In this document: positions 50,000 through 59,765 of the stretch, in pieces | Numbering within the stretch: position 1 is the stretch's first letter | How the letters are laid out: each line of letters starts with the position of its first letter | Assembly: GCF_004765795.1 (NCBI RefSeq) | Contig: NZ_SBIV01000004.1 | Location: forward strand, 1-64,000 | Origin: Halorussus marinus | GTDB lineage: Archaea; Halobacteriota; Halobacteria; Halobacteriales; Haladaptataceae | Direction of reading: 5' to 3' | Length of the DNA: 64,000 nt | Made by a program: the position numbers and the translations under genes | Notes under the pieces: model-generated | What the model was told of the DNA's origin: nothing | What the model saw: only the letters and a program-made list of their open reading frames with translations | The model's database searches: none

Positions 50000-51093
50000 C
50001 GGTTCTCACCCAAGAATGGGACCGTGGCTATCTTTGCCTTTTTGGAGTCGCCCCGAACCACCACGCGGACGTTCGTGTCGGGGTCTGCGTGCTCGGTCGC
50101 GACGTATCCGAGCGCGATGGGCTCGTTCAGCGTGGGGCTCATCGTGCCGCTCGTCACCTCGCCGATCGACTCGCCGTCGGCGTCGGTGATCTCGTAGCCG
50201 TGGCGCGCGACCCCGCGGTCGACGAGCCGAACGCCGACGAACGTCTCGTCGACGCCCTCCGCGTCGACGCGTTCGAGGGCGTCTCGGCCCACGAACTCCG
50301 TGTCGAGTTTCACCGTCCAGCCGACGCCGGCCTCGTAGGGGGTGTGCGGGTTCTCCTCTGGGTCGAAATCCTGGCCCGAGAGCAGAAAGCCCATCTCCAT
50401 CCGGAGGGTGTCTCTGGCGCCGAGCCCGCAGGGCTGACACTCCAGCGCCGACCAGACCGTCTCGGACGCCTCGGCCGGGACGATCAGCTCGAACCCGTCC
50501 TCGCCGGTGTAGCCCGTCCGGGCGACCCAGCACCGCGCGCCCGCGACCGTCGCGTACCGCCCCTCGAACTTCGAGAGGTCGGTGACCGACTCGTCGGCGA
50601 GGTCGGCCACGAGCCCCGGGGCGTCGGGGCCCTGCACCGCGAACATGCCGTAGTCGTCGGTGACGTTCTCGACGTCGGCGTCGAGGTCCCACTCGTCGCG
50701 GTGGGCGGTCCACCGCTCTTCCATCTGCTCGTCGTGGCCCGCGTTCGGGACGAAGAGGAACTCGGCGGACTCGCCCTCGGGGAGGCGGTAGACGACGGTG
50801 TCGTCCAGAATCGTCCCCTCGTCGTCGGTGATCATCGAGTACTGGGAGTCGCCCCGGTCGAGCGCGGTCACGTCGTTGGTGGTGAGCCGCTGGAGCAACT
50901 CGGCGGCGTCGGGCCCCGAGACCTCGATCTCGCCCATGTGGGAGACGTCGAAGACGCCGGCCTCCTCGCGGACCGCGCGGTGTTCGTCCTGTATCGAGTC
51001 GAACTCGACGGGCATCTCCCACCCGCCGAACTCCGTGAACGACGCCCCGCGCTCGGCGTGTACCTCGCGCAACGGCGGCTTTCGAAGGCTCAT
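49996..51093 (-). CDS. gcvT: glycine cleavage system aminomethyltransferase T
   Basis: [25 protein letters not shown] and [11 protein letters not shown]. Confidence 0.96.
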   Translation of the reverse strand: MSLRKPPLREVHAERGASFTEFGGWEMPVEFDSIQDEHRAVREEAGVFDVSHMGEIEVSGPDAAELLQRLTTNDVTALDRGDSQYSMITDDEGTILDDTVVYRLPEGESAEFLFVPNAGHDEQMEERWTAHRDEWDLDADVENVTDDYGMFAVQGPDAPGLVADLADESVTDLSKFEGRYATVAGARCWVARTGYTGEDGFELIVPAEASETVWSALECQPCGLGARDTLRMEMGFLLSGQDFDPEENPHTPYEAGVGWTVKLDTEFVGRDALERVDAEGVDETFVGVRLVDRGVARHGYEITDADGESIGEVTSGTMSPTLNEPIALGYVATEHADPDTNVRVVVRGDSKKAKIATVPFLGENR

Positions 51094-51156
51094 GCTCCAG
51101 CGTTCGGACGCCCGTCACGTAATGGTTTGTCTTCCGGGCGTTCGTCGCCGATCCGG

Positions 51157-51333
51157 TCAGGCGGGCTCGACGACGATCTGGCCGTCCCGGAGCTTGTAGA
51201 CGAGCCTATCGCCCTCCTCGACTGTCTCGCCCGCGGCCTCGAACTCCTCGCGGACCGCCTTGATGAGGCTGATTCGCCACCGCTGGGTGACTGTCGTCGT
51301 CCCGAGTATCTTCTCGTCTGGGTCGTCGCTCAT
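51157..51333 (-). CDS. 58-aa AbrB/MazE/SpoVT-like small DNA-binding protein (absent from ORF track)
   Basis: MSDDPDEKILGTTTVTQRWRISLIKAVREE...EEGDRLVYKLRDGQIVVEPA*. Confidence 0.75.
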   Translation of the reverse strand: MSDDPDEKILGTTTVTQRWRISLIKAVREEFEAAGETVEEGDRLVYKLRDGQIVVEPA

Positions 51334-51497
51334 CTACTCGCGTCTTACCGGACGGTGCGGTTATGGATTTTTAGCTATTTCGACTATAACGACTACTCGC
51401 GTCCCGGACCGAACAGTTCGCCCCTCTGATGCAGGCGAGTCCCGCGAAGGGGCCGAGCACGTCGGTCCGGGGGACGACATCCGGAAGTCGACGACGC

Positions 51498-51734
51498 TTA
51501 CGGCGAGGCGGGGGTCGCGTGGCGCACGAGCAGGTCGGCGGCGGTTCCGTCGACGTCGGTGCTCGCACAGTCAGGACACTGCACCGCCACCGACCAGTCG
51601 CCGCGGGTCGAGAACGCGGGCCCCTCGGCGTCGCGGTCGGCGACGCCCCCGGTCGAGTCACCGAGAACCGCGAGCGCGAACTGAGCGAGCAGAACGAACG
51701 TGCCGTCGTGGCCGCAGTTGTGACAGGTCGGCAT
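51498..51734 (-). CDS. small Zn-ribbon protein (CxxC...CPxC)
   Basis: MPTCHNCG...VQCPDCASTDV; ATG at 51734. Confidence 0.7.
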   Translation of the reverse strand: MPTCHNCGHDGTFVLLAQFALAVLGDSTGGVADRDAEGPAFSTRGDWSVAVQCPDCASTDVDGTAADLLVRHATPASP

Positions 51735-51856
51735 GGTCAGACCCGGCGGCCGAGTTCGGGGCGCCGGGGCTCGGAGGTGGTCGCGCGCTCGTACTTGAAC
51801 GTTCGGCGCGACATCGCACCGTCTCGGGGTCGCCGACGGCGCGTGCGCGTCGAGCG

Positions 51857-53446
51857 TTACTGGAACTCGGTGATCGTCAGGGTGTACTCGCCCGCCCCGG
51901 TGTAGGAGTCGACGTCGATCTGCATCTCCGTCGAGTCGTCGGGGGCGTCGATGGTGATCGACTCCTGACTGTCGGTGCTGGTCGAGGCGTAGTCGTAGTC
52001 GCCCGACGAGGCGTTCTCGGTCGTCCCGGTGTTGACGTAGAGGTCGAAGTCGGCGTTCGACGGCCCGTCGAGGACGACCTCCACCGTGGTCGGGTCGCTG
52101 TACTCCCACGCGTAGCTGTAGTCGTCGTCGTCCCAGAAGCCGCTGAGGCTCGCGTCGACCGACTCGGTCGTCGAGTCGCCGCTCTCACCGCCGTCACCGC
52201 CGTCGCCACCGCCAGCATTTGCAGGGTCGGTCGTGACCGCGGCGTAGGCGTCGACCTGTCCGCTACCTTGCTGGTCGGCCGAGAGGCCGACGTCGGCGGC
52301 CGTGTTCTTGAGGTGGGTGCGGAGTTCGGTGGGCGTCAGGTCCCACTTCGCGAGGGTCAGCCCCGCGACCCCGGAGGTGACCGGCGTCGCCATCGAGGTG
52401 CCCGAGAGCGTCTCGTAGGACCCCCGGGTCTCGGTGGTCGTCGAGAGCACGTCCACGCCGGGGGCACAGAGCTCGACGCTGTCGCCGTACTGGGAGAACG
52501 ACGCGAGGTTCTCCTCGGAGTCGACCGCCGACACCGCGACGCACCCGCTGTAGGCGGCGGGGTAGCTCACGCCGCGCGAGCCGTCGTTGCCCGCGGCCGC
52601 GACGACGAGGCTACCGTTGGAAGTCGCGTACGACACCGCGTTTTTCATCGTGTCGGTGTAGCCGCCCCCGCCCAGCGAGAGGTTGATCACGTCGGCGCCC
52701 TGGTCGGCCGCCCACTCGACGGCGTCGGCGATGTCGGCGGTCGACCCCGAGCCGTTCTCGTCAAGCGCGCGGCCGTTGATGAGCGCGGAGTTACCCTGAC
52801 CGGCGACGCCGGTGTCGTTGTCGACGGTCGCCGCGGCACAGCCCGAGACGTGGGTCCCGTGGTACTCGTCTCCGGGCGCGTCGGGGTACGGATCCGAGTC
52901 GGCGTCGACGAAGTCCGAACCCGGGTCCGAGGCGTAGTTGTCCGCCAGATCGGGGTGGTCGTACTGCGCGCCGGTGTCGACCACCGCGATGGTGACGTTC
53001 GAGTCCCCGAACGTGGTGTCCCACGCCTCGTCCGACCGGACCTGCTGGGGCGCGTACTGGTCGCCGAACTGCGGGTCGCTGGGCGCGGCGAGCGCCTCGT
53101 GGGTCGCGTTCGGTTCGGCGTACTTGATCCCGTCTTTCTTGGTGATGGCCTCGATGAAGTTCTCGCGGGCCACGTCCGCGGCGTTGCTCGGGAACTTCAC
53201 CGCGACGTACCGGAGCGTCTCGTTCTTGTGGACGACCTCCGCGTTGCCCGGGACGTAGGAGGTGACTTTCTGCTCTATGTCGCCGGCGCCGGCCGAGACG
53301 CCCACGAGGATCTCCTCTTTTTTCGGGCCGGGATCGCGGCCGGGGGTCGCGGCCGTGACGCCGCCGAGCGCGGCGGTCGCGCCGGCTACGCCGGCCGCCT
53401 TCACGAACGAACGCCGATCGAGTCGAGGTGTGCTGTCGTCTGTCAT
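51857..53446 (-). CDS. halolysin-type S8 subtilase with Tat signal and C-terminal PPC-like domain
   Basis: DRRSFVK; VDTG, HGTHV and GTSMATP triad; C-terminal beta domain (DFDLYV, ESITI). Confidence 0.95.
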   Translation of the reverse strand: MTDDSTPRLDRRSFVKAAGVAGATAALGGVTAATPGRDPGPKKEEILVGVSAGAGDIEQKVTSYVPGNAEVVHKNETLRYVAVKFPSNAADVARENFIEAITKKDGIKYAEPNATHEALAAPSDPQFGDQYAPQQVRSDEAWDTTFGDSNVTIAVVDTGAQYDHPDLADNYASDPGSDFVDADSDPYPDAPGDEYHGTHVSGCAAATVDNDTGVAGQGNSALINGRALDENGSGSTADIADAVEWAADQGADVINLSLGGGGYTDTMKNAVSYATSNGSLVVAAAGNDGSRGVSYPAAYSGCVAVSAVDSEENLASFSQYGDSVELCAPGVDVLSTTTETRGSYETLSGTSMATPVTSGVAGLTLAKWDLTPTELRTHLKNTAADVGLSADQQGSGQVDAYAAVTTDPANAGGGDGGDGGESGDSTTESVDASLSGFWDDDDYSYAWEYSDPTTVEVVLDGPSNADFDLYVNTGTTENASSGDYDYASTSTDSQESITIDAPDDSTEMQIDVDSYTGAGEYTLTITEFQ

Positions 53447-53489
53447 GCTACAAAATTCACGACACAGAGATATTATTTAAATTTTATTG

Positions 53490-53506
53490 TATAGAAATTT
53501 TCTATA
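53490..53506. promoter_or_regulatory. palindromic operator candidate upstream of the halolysin gene
   Basis: TATAGAAA-T-TTTCTATA perfect inverted repeat next to the AT-rich TATA region. Confidence 0.5.
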
Positions 53507-53610
53507 ATTTTTTCTAGATAAGGTGTGAGTGTATGTCTCGGGCGCTTCCGTAGCGCGCCCGTCGGCGCCGGACCGCCACCGCTATGGCGGGAGGCGAGCT
53601 ATCGGGGGGT

Positions 53611-54054
53611 ATGCAACCGTTGCGTTCGCTCCTCTCGGGGGAGGCCTCCGTCGCGCTGTTCGTGGACGGGCCCAACGTCCTCCGCGACGAGTTCGACGTG
53701 GATCTGGACGACGTGCGTGCGGCCGCCGAGGAACTCGGCCAGCTTGCGGTCGCGCGGCTCTACCTCGACGAGCACGCTACCCCGGGGCTGATTCAGGCGG
53801 CCGAAGCCCGCGGCTTCGAGGTGACGATTACCAGCGGCGACGTCGACGTGAAACTCGCGGTCGACGCGACGGAGTTCGCGCTGACCGAGGGGCTCGACGC
53901 GCTCGCCATCGCTTCGCGGGACACCGATTTCAAGCCCGTCTTAGAGAAGGCCGCCCGCAACGGGGTCCGCACCGTCGCGATCGCGCCGGGCGAGCACGGC
54001 CGATCCGACGCCCTCCGGAACGCCGCCCACGAGGCTCACGTCATCGAGGAGTAG
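53611..54054 (+). CDS. NYN domain (PIN-like) protein
   Basis: FVDGPNV, GDVDVKLAVDA, SRDTDFKP and SDAL..AA. Confidence 0.9.
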   Translation: MQPLRSLLSGEASVALFVDGPNVLRDEFDVDLDDVRAAAEELGQLAVARLYLDEHATPGLIQAAEARGFEVTITSGDVDVKLAVDATEFALTEGLDALAIASRDTDFKPVLEKAARNGVRTVAIAPGEHGRSDALRNAAHEAHVIEE

Positions 54055-54483
54055 CTATCCCAGCGGTTTGACCGCGACCGCGTGCGTCCCGTCGTCGACC
54101 CGGAGTTCGACCGACTCGACCACCGCGTCCGCGACCGTCGCGCGCCACGCCTCGACCGCCTCGACGTGGCGCTCGCGGTGGCGCTCGACCGAGAACTCGG
54201 CGTCGGGGTCGGTCCGGAGCTCGTCTTCGGTGTCGTCGGGCGTGGGGTAGTCGGGAATCCGTTCTTCCTCGATCAGTCGGGCGGGATCGATGTGGAACGC
54301 GTCGGCCCCGCCGTCGGGCTCGGGGGCGTCGGCGACGTGGAGTCGCGCGCGCATCCGGCCCGAAAACGGCGGGGTCACCCGGAGGACGGTCGGGCGGTCG
54401 CTCCGCCGTCGGGCCTCGTAGGCCGACACCACGTCGTCGATCGTGACCGCGAGCGAGCGGACGTTCCGCGGGTCGGTGCTCAT
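54055..54483 (-). CDS. conserved haloarchaeal hypothetical protein
   Basis: VLRVTPPFSGRMRARLH and YPTPDDTED. Confidence 0.8.
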   Translation of the reverse strand: MSTDPRNVRSLAVTIDDVVSAYEARRRSDRPTVLRVTPPFSGRMRARLHVADAPEPDGGADAFHIDPARLIEEERIPDYPTPDDTEDELRTDPDAEFSVERHRERHVEAVEAWRATVADAVVESVELRVDDGTHAVAVKPLG

Positions 54484-54584
54484 GTGGGCCCGTGAGTGTT
54501 GCTTGCCCTTGAGTGTCGCGCCGGTCGTCGACCGGGCGCCCCGAACCGTCGGCGTTTTTCCCGCTCGGTCCCGGAGACGACACC

Positions 54585-55436
54585 ATGGACGAGGACCTCG
54601 GCACGCCGGTGGTCGACAACCACCTCCACCTCGACCCCGAACACGGCCGCGGGCTGGAGGCGGTCCGGGAGTTCGCGCGCAGCGGCGGCACCCACCTGCT
54701 GGTGGTGAACAAGCCCTCGTGGCTCCTCGGCGTCGAGCCCGACGCCGGCGAGGACTTTCGACCGGTGTTCGAGACCACGCTCGACGCGGTCGCGAGCGCG
54801 AGCGAGATACTCGACGGCCGGGCGTGGCCCGTGCTCGGCGTCCACCCCGGGCTCGTCTCGAAGCTGGTCGAAGACCGGGGGTTCGCGCCGGCCGAAGCCC
54901 GCGACCTGATGCGGGCGGGTCTGGAGTGTGCGGCAGAGTACGTCGCCGACGGTTCGGCGCTGGCGCTCAAGACCGGCCGCCCGCACTACGACACCACCGA
55001 GGCGGTGTGGGAGGCCTCGAACGCCGTGCTCCGTCGCGGACTCGAACTCGGGGCGGCCAACGACTGCGCGGTCCAGCTCCACACCGAGGCCAGCGAGGAC
55101 CTGACCGAGATCGCGGCGTGGGCCGAGGAGGCGGGGCTCGCGCCCGAGCGCGTCGTCAAGCACTACGCCGCCGGCCGGCTCGCCGGGCCGACGCCGAGCG
55201 TGATGAGCGAGAAAGACCGGCTCGAACGCGCGGCCGACCGCGGCGAGCCGTTCCTGATGGAGACCGACTTCGTCGACGACCCCGACCGGCCCGGCGCGGT
55301 GCTGGGGCCAAAGACGGTGCCCCGGCGGGTCCGGTGGCTCCTCGACGCGGGCGAGGGCGAGGCGGTCCGAAACGCCCACGTCGAGACGCCTCGACGGGTG
55401 TACGGCGTCGACACCGAGGCGACCCTCGATCGGTAG
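54585..55436 (+). CDS. TatD-family metal-dependent hydrolase
   Basis: DNHLHLD, GVHP, GRPHY, QLHTE, VKHY and METD. Confidence 0.9.
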   Translation: MDEDLGTPVVDNHLHLDPEHGRGLEAVREFARSGGTHLLVVNKPSWLLGVEPDAGEDFRPVFETTLDAVASASEILDGRAWPVLGVHPGLVSKLVEDRGFAPAEARDLMRAGLECAAEYVADGSALALKTGRPHYDTTEAVWEASNAVLRRGLELGAANDCAVQLHTEASEDLTEIAAWAEEAGLAPERVVKHYAAGRLAGPTPSVMSEKDRLERAADRGEPFLMETDFVDDPDRPGAVLGPKTVPRRVRWLLDAGEGEAVRNAHVETPRRVYGVDTEATLDR

Positions 55437-55485
55437 GGCGAGCCGAGCAGAAAGGCATATGGGTCGGGCAGCACTCGGAGTTGAT

Positions 55486-56070
55486 ATGAGCGCGCCTCCG
55501 GAGGAGTTTTACTCCGACGAACGCTGGCAGAACTGGCTCGACCGCATCCGGGACGAGGAGATCGATCCCGAGAACGAGGACTCGGCCCGGCTCCTGTTGA
55601 ACCTCCAGGACGACGTGGCCATCGCGGTCGCCAAGATCGTGACCGCGTACGACGACGACGCGGTCGGCGAGGAGGAGGCCCTCGAGGAGCTGACCGACAT
55701 CCGCGAGATCGTCCTCGCCGAAGTCGACTTCGAGGACGACGAGAAGGCGATGCTGATCGACGGCGTCCAGACGAGTCTGGTCTGTGTCTTCTATGCCGCC
55801 GAGGAGTACGTCGCACAGGGGCCGGCCGACGAAGCCGGCGTCGAGGAGTACGTCCTCGAAGCCGGCCGGGCCGAGGAAGCCGAGGACATCGACTCGGCGC
55901 TCGGGCTGGTGGCGGCCGCCGGGACGCGCATCATCGACGGCGACGAACTCGACATGTCGGTGACCGAGGACCTCGAGTACGGGCTGGTGACCGAGTGGGT
56001 CAACGGACTCGACAGCCTCCAGAGCGCGATGAGCGACCCGGAAGTCGTCGAAGAAGAAGACGACGACTGA
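55486..56070 (+). CDS. DUF2150-like acidic protein
   Basis: FYSDERWQNW...LQDDVAIAVAKI; SD-like GGAG upstream of the ATG at 55486. Confidence 0.8.
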   Translation: MSAPPEEFYSDERWQNWLDRIRDEEIDPENEDSARLLLNLQDDVAIAVAKIVTAYDDDAVGEEEALEELTDIREIVLAEVDFEDDEKAMLIDGVQTSLVCVFYAAEEYVAQGPADEAGVEEYVLEAGRAEEAEDIDSALGLVAAAGTRIIDGDELDMSVTEDLEYGLVTEWVNGLDSLQSAMSDPEVVEEEDDD

Positions 56071-56106
56071 CGGCCAGCGTTTTCGCCGCGCGATCCGATC
56101 GGACGG

Positions 56107-56814
56107 TCACGCTTTCTCCAGCCGCACCACCCACTGGACCGGCCGGTCCGATCGGGGGTATCGCACCTCCGCGACCGTCCACGGCGTTCCGACCGCGGCC
56201 GCACGGAGCCGGTCCGGGCTGAACAGCCTGAACAGCAACGTCTCGCCGACCTCGTCCTCGTAGACGCAGTGGTAGACGCGGTAGGCCAGCCCCGGTGCGG
56301 GGTCCTCGCGGTAGCCGAACGTGTCTGCGGTCGCGTCGCGTTCGGGCGCGTAGCCGTCGATCACTGCGGTCGCGTCGGGCGCGGTCACGACCGCCAGATC
56401 GCTCAGGAACCGCTCGACCCCCGCCATCGACCCCGCGAGTTGCACCTGGGTCCCCCTGGCGTACGCCGACCGGAACCGGTCGCGCTCGAACTGCTCGGGG
56501 AGCGAGAACATGTCGGCCCGCCGGGCGTCGACGACCCCGCGGTCGCGCATCGTCGCCACGAGGCGGTCGCTGACCTCGATGGCCACCGTCTCGAACCGGT
56601 CTTGGAAGTACAGCGCGTCGCGGCCCGCGCCGGCGCCCATGTCGATCAGCGGCCCGTCGAGGTGCGATTCGAGCCACTCGTCGCCCTCGAACTCGCCGAA
56701 GTACCACCGCTCGATCGGGTGCTCGCGGGTTCGTTCGCCGTCGCGGTCGACCAGCGGTGCCTCGCGCTCGCCGCGGTAGTGGTCTCGAATCGCGCGACCG
56801 AAGGGATCGGACAT
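56107..56814 (-). CDS. class I SAM-dependent methyltransferase
   Basis: MSDPFGRAIRD and LIDMGAGAGR. Confidence 0.88.
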   Translation of the reverse strand: MSDPFGRAIRDHYRGEREAPLVDRDGERTREHPIERWYFGEFEGDEWLESHLDGPLIDMGAGAGRDALYFQDRFETVAIEVSDRLVATMRDRGVVDARRADMFSLPEQFERDRFRSAYARGTQVQLAGSMAGVERFLSDLAVVTAPDATAVIDGYAPERDATADTFGYREDPAPGLAYRVYHCVYEDEVGETLLFRLFSPDRLRAAAVGTPWTVAEVRYPRSDRPVQWVVRLEKA

Positions 56815-56946
56815 GCGATCGTGGTATCGGATCGCAATTGTAATAAGATTGTAACGAGTGTGCGTATCATTCGCGTCCGACGCCCGCGAACCGTCGCGGC
56901 CGTCGCAGACGCTATTTTTAACTACCTCGCCTGAAAGGGGCCGGTA

Positions 56947-59703
56947 GTGCGATTCCGAGCCGACGACCGCGGGGTGACGGTTCAGATCGGGGCGGTGTTG
57001 CTGTTCGCCATCCTGATCGTGCTCGTCTCGACCTATCAGGCCACGGTCGTGCCCCAGCAGAACGAACAGGTGGAGTACAACCACAACCAGCGGGTCCACG
57101 GCGAGCTTCAGGAGCTTCGCGACGAGGTCTACCGGGCCGCCGCGACCGGAACCGGCGGCTCGGCGACGGTCTCGCTGGGGACGCGGTACCCCGAGCGCGC
57201 GCTGTTCGTCAACCCCGAGCCGCCGTCGGGGCGGCTCGCGACGAGCGCCGACGCGAGCCTCCGGATTCGAAACGCGGCCGCGACCGGCGAGGTCGGCGAC
57301 TACTGGGACGGGACGGCCCGGCCGTACCCGACGCGGGGACTGACGTACGAACCCCGGTACAGCGTCTATCAGGACCCGCCGACGACGGTGTACCGCAACG
57401 GCGTCCTCTACAATCGGTTCGCGGACGCGACCGTCACGCTCGCGGGCCAGCGGCTCGTGCAGGGCGACCGCATCTCGGTCGTGACCCTCGACGGGACCGT
57501 CTCCGAGTCCACCAACGGCGTCGCGAGCGTGAACGTCCGGCCGGTCAGCGCCACGACGCGGACGGTATCGGTCCAGAACAGCGCCCCGGACGAGGACCTC
57601 ACGATCGTCGTCCCGACGCAACTCGACACCGGCGAGTGGGAGGGGCTCTTGGAGGGCGAACTCGACGAGGACGGGACCGACCCGGACAAACACGTCTCGG
57701 CGGTCGAACCGGTCGCGGGCGAGGACGCGGTCCGCGTCGTCCTCGAACCGGGGACCTACGATCTCCAGATGGCCGAGGTCGGCGTCGGCTCGGACGCGTC
57801 CGAGACGTCCCCGACGTACGCCGTCGACGTGGACGGGGACGGCGCCGTGGTACGCGAAGACGGGACCCGACGCGTCGTGGTGGAAGTCCGCGACGAGTAC
57901 AACAACCACGTCAGCGGCGTCGACGTGACGGTGACGACCGATCCCTCGAAAGGGAGACTCTACGACGCCGAGACCGGCGACGAGTCCGACCAGACGGTCC
58001 GGACCGACAGCGACGGCCGGGCGACGTTCGTCTACGAGCCGACGGCGGCAGTCACCGGGACCGAGACCGACTCGTTCGCGCTCGGCTTCGACGGCCCGGA
58101 CGACGACGACGTCGCCGGGTCGAAAGACACCGAAGAAGCGACCTACGAGGTCGAGGTGTCCGGCTCAGGCGGCGGTGGCGGTGGAGGCGGCGGACTGTCG
58201 GGGCGACTCACGTACAACGAGGACGCGGTGGCCGACGACGGGCCCGACGACGGAACTACGCCCGGCGGGATCAACTTCAGCGTCACGAACGAGTACAATC
58301 AGTCGGTCGCGATAACCGACATCAGAATCGAACCCGCCGACGCCGACATCGACGTGCTCGCCGACCGAACCACGGGCGAGGGCAAGTTGATAAGCGAGGT
58401 GTTCGTCGACGGGACCGAACGCGACGGCTACGTCGACTTCAGCAGTCTGGGGTTCCCCGGCGGGCAGGACGGCACCGCAGTTCCGGACGCCATCGACCTC
58501 GACCTCGACGGGCGCGCGAACGACGGCAATCCCGTCGTGTCGTCCGACGATGAGGCGTCGATATATCTCTACGAGTTCTTCACGGATTCGAACGACGCGT
58601 CCAACGTCGACATGAACGGCGAGGCGGTCTCGATCACGATCCGCTACCGACTCGAAGACCGAGCCCCCGGCGACAGTCAGGCGGTCGGGGAGACCGAGTT
58701 CACCGTCACGCCCGGCAGTGACGGCGGCGACGGCGGCGACGGCGGTAGCGGGAACCTCACGTACGCCGGCACGTATCGAACGGTAGAAGGCACCGAGGCG
58801 GGCGTCAGCTCGGTCCTACAGGTCGACATCCGGAACGAGCTCGCTGACGCGGTCGACGTGACCGCGGTGAAGGTGAACGACACGACGGGCCCCGCCCAGC
58901 AGATCTGGGAGAGACGAGCAGGCCTTGCCGAAGTTGAGATAGACACGAACGGTGATGGCTCTCCCGAAGGCTCCGCGGACAGCGCCGAAGGCTACGCAAT
59001 TGGCGATCGGATCGATCTCACCACATCGGCATCGATGGATGGCGGCAGTGTCGCGGAGGTGAAGTTTGATGAATTCCAAAAAGACAATTCCCCCTCGATA
59101 TTCGGAGGCGACCCGGTGGACATGACCAACAGGGAAATCACGATGACGGTCTACTACGAGACGGCGGGCGGCGAGACGAGGACGACGACCTTCACGGTCG
59201 CACGCGACGGCGGCGGAGGGGGAACGTCGGATAGTGACCAACTCTCCGCAGTCTCCAGTTCGACACCGACCGGAGAAAGCGATACCCTCCAGTTCGACAT
59301 CGAGAACACCGGTGAATCAGATGTGACCGTTAGCGCGTTCAGCATTAATATCCCCGCCCGCCAGAACAGCAACGTCGAACAGGTCGACAATATCGATCGC
59401 TCTCCTGGAAACAACGAGGTCGAAATAACGGGTGGTGGTACGGACGGTCAAGCGAACCCGGATGATCCACCGAACCAAGCCGGATTCGCTACAGACGGGA
59501 CGACGTACAGTCTCGATACTGATGCAGTGCTTAACGGTGGAAACACGGCGAAGGTTGAGATGGGCGCGTTCAACGACGGCAATGTACAACTCACGTACGA
59601 GATCACAGATAATTCGGACAACGCAGACATCACAGCTTCGTTCGTTCTCTCGGACGGGTCCACGAAGCGCGTTCATTTCCGGGTTACCAACGTGAACTCG
59701 TGA
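56947..59703 (+). CDS. large pilin-like surface protein with class III signal peptide and Ig-like modules
   Basis: DDRG|VTVQIGAVLLFAILIV prepilin-type N-terminus; VEVRDEYNN.VSGV Ig-like segment; Gly-rich linkers. Confidence 0.85.
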   Translation: MRFRADDRGVTVQIGAVLLFAILIVLVSTYQATVVPQQNEQVEYNHNQRVHGELQELRDEVYRAAATGTGGSATVSLGTRYPERALFVNPEPPSGRLATSADASLRIRNAAATGEVGDYWDGTARPYPTRGLTYEPRYSVYQDPPTTVYRNGVLYNRFADATVTLAGQRLVQGDRISVVTLDGTVSESTNGVASVNVRPVSATTRTVSVQNSAPDEDLTIVVPTQLDTGEWEGLLEGELDEDGTDPDKHVSAVEPVAGEDAVRVVLEPGTYDLQMAEVGVGSDASETSPTYAVDVDGDGAVVREDGTRRVVVEVRDEYNNHVSGVDVTVTTDPSKGRLYDAETGDESDQTVRTDSDGRATFVYEPTAAVTGTETDSFALGFDGPDDDDVAGSKDTEEATYEVEVSGSGGGGGGGGGLSGRLTYNEDAVADDGPDDGTTPGGINFSVTNEYNQSVAITDIRIEPADADIDVLADRTTGEGKLISEVFVDGTERDGYVDFSSLGFPGGQDGTAVPDAIDLDLDGRANDGNPVVSSDDEASIYLYEFFTDSNDASNVDMNGEAVSITIRYRLEDRAPGDSQAVGETEFTVTPGSDGGDGGDGGSGNLTYAGTYRTVEGTEAGVSSVLQVDIRNELADAVDVTAVKVNDTTGPAQQIWERRAGLAEVEIDTNGDGSPEGSADSAEGYAIGDRIDLTTSASMDGGSVAEVKFDEFQKDNSPSIFGGDPVDMTNREITMTVYYETAGGETRTTTFTVARDGGGGGTSDSDQLSAVSSSTPTGESDTLQFDIENTGESDVTVSAFSINIPARQNSNVEQVDNIDRSPGNNEVEITGGGTDGQANPDDPPNQAGFATDGTTYSLDTDAVLNGGNTAKVEMGAFNDGNVQLTYEITDNSDNADITASFVLSDGSTKRVHFRVTNVNS

Positions 59704-59765
59704 ATTCGACGACCGTCGAACACGCTATCGACAAAATCTTATAGCGCCTTCCCGCAGAGACGTGT

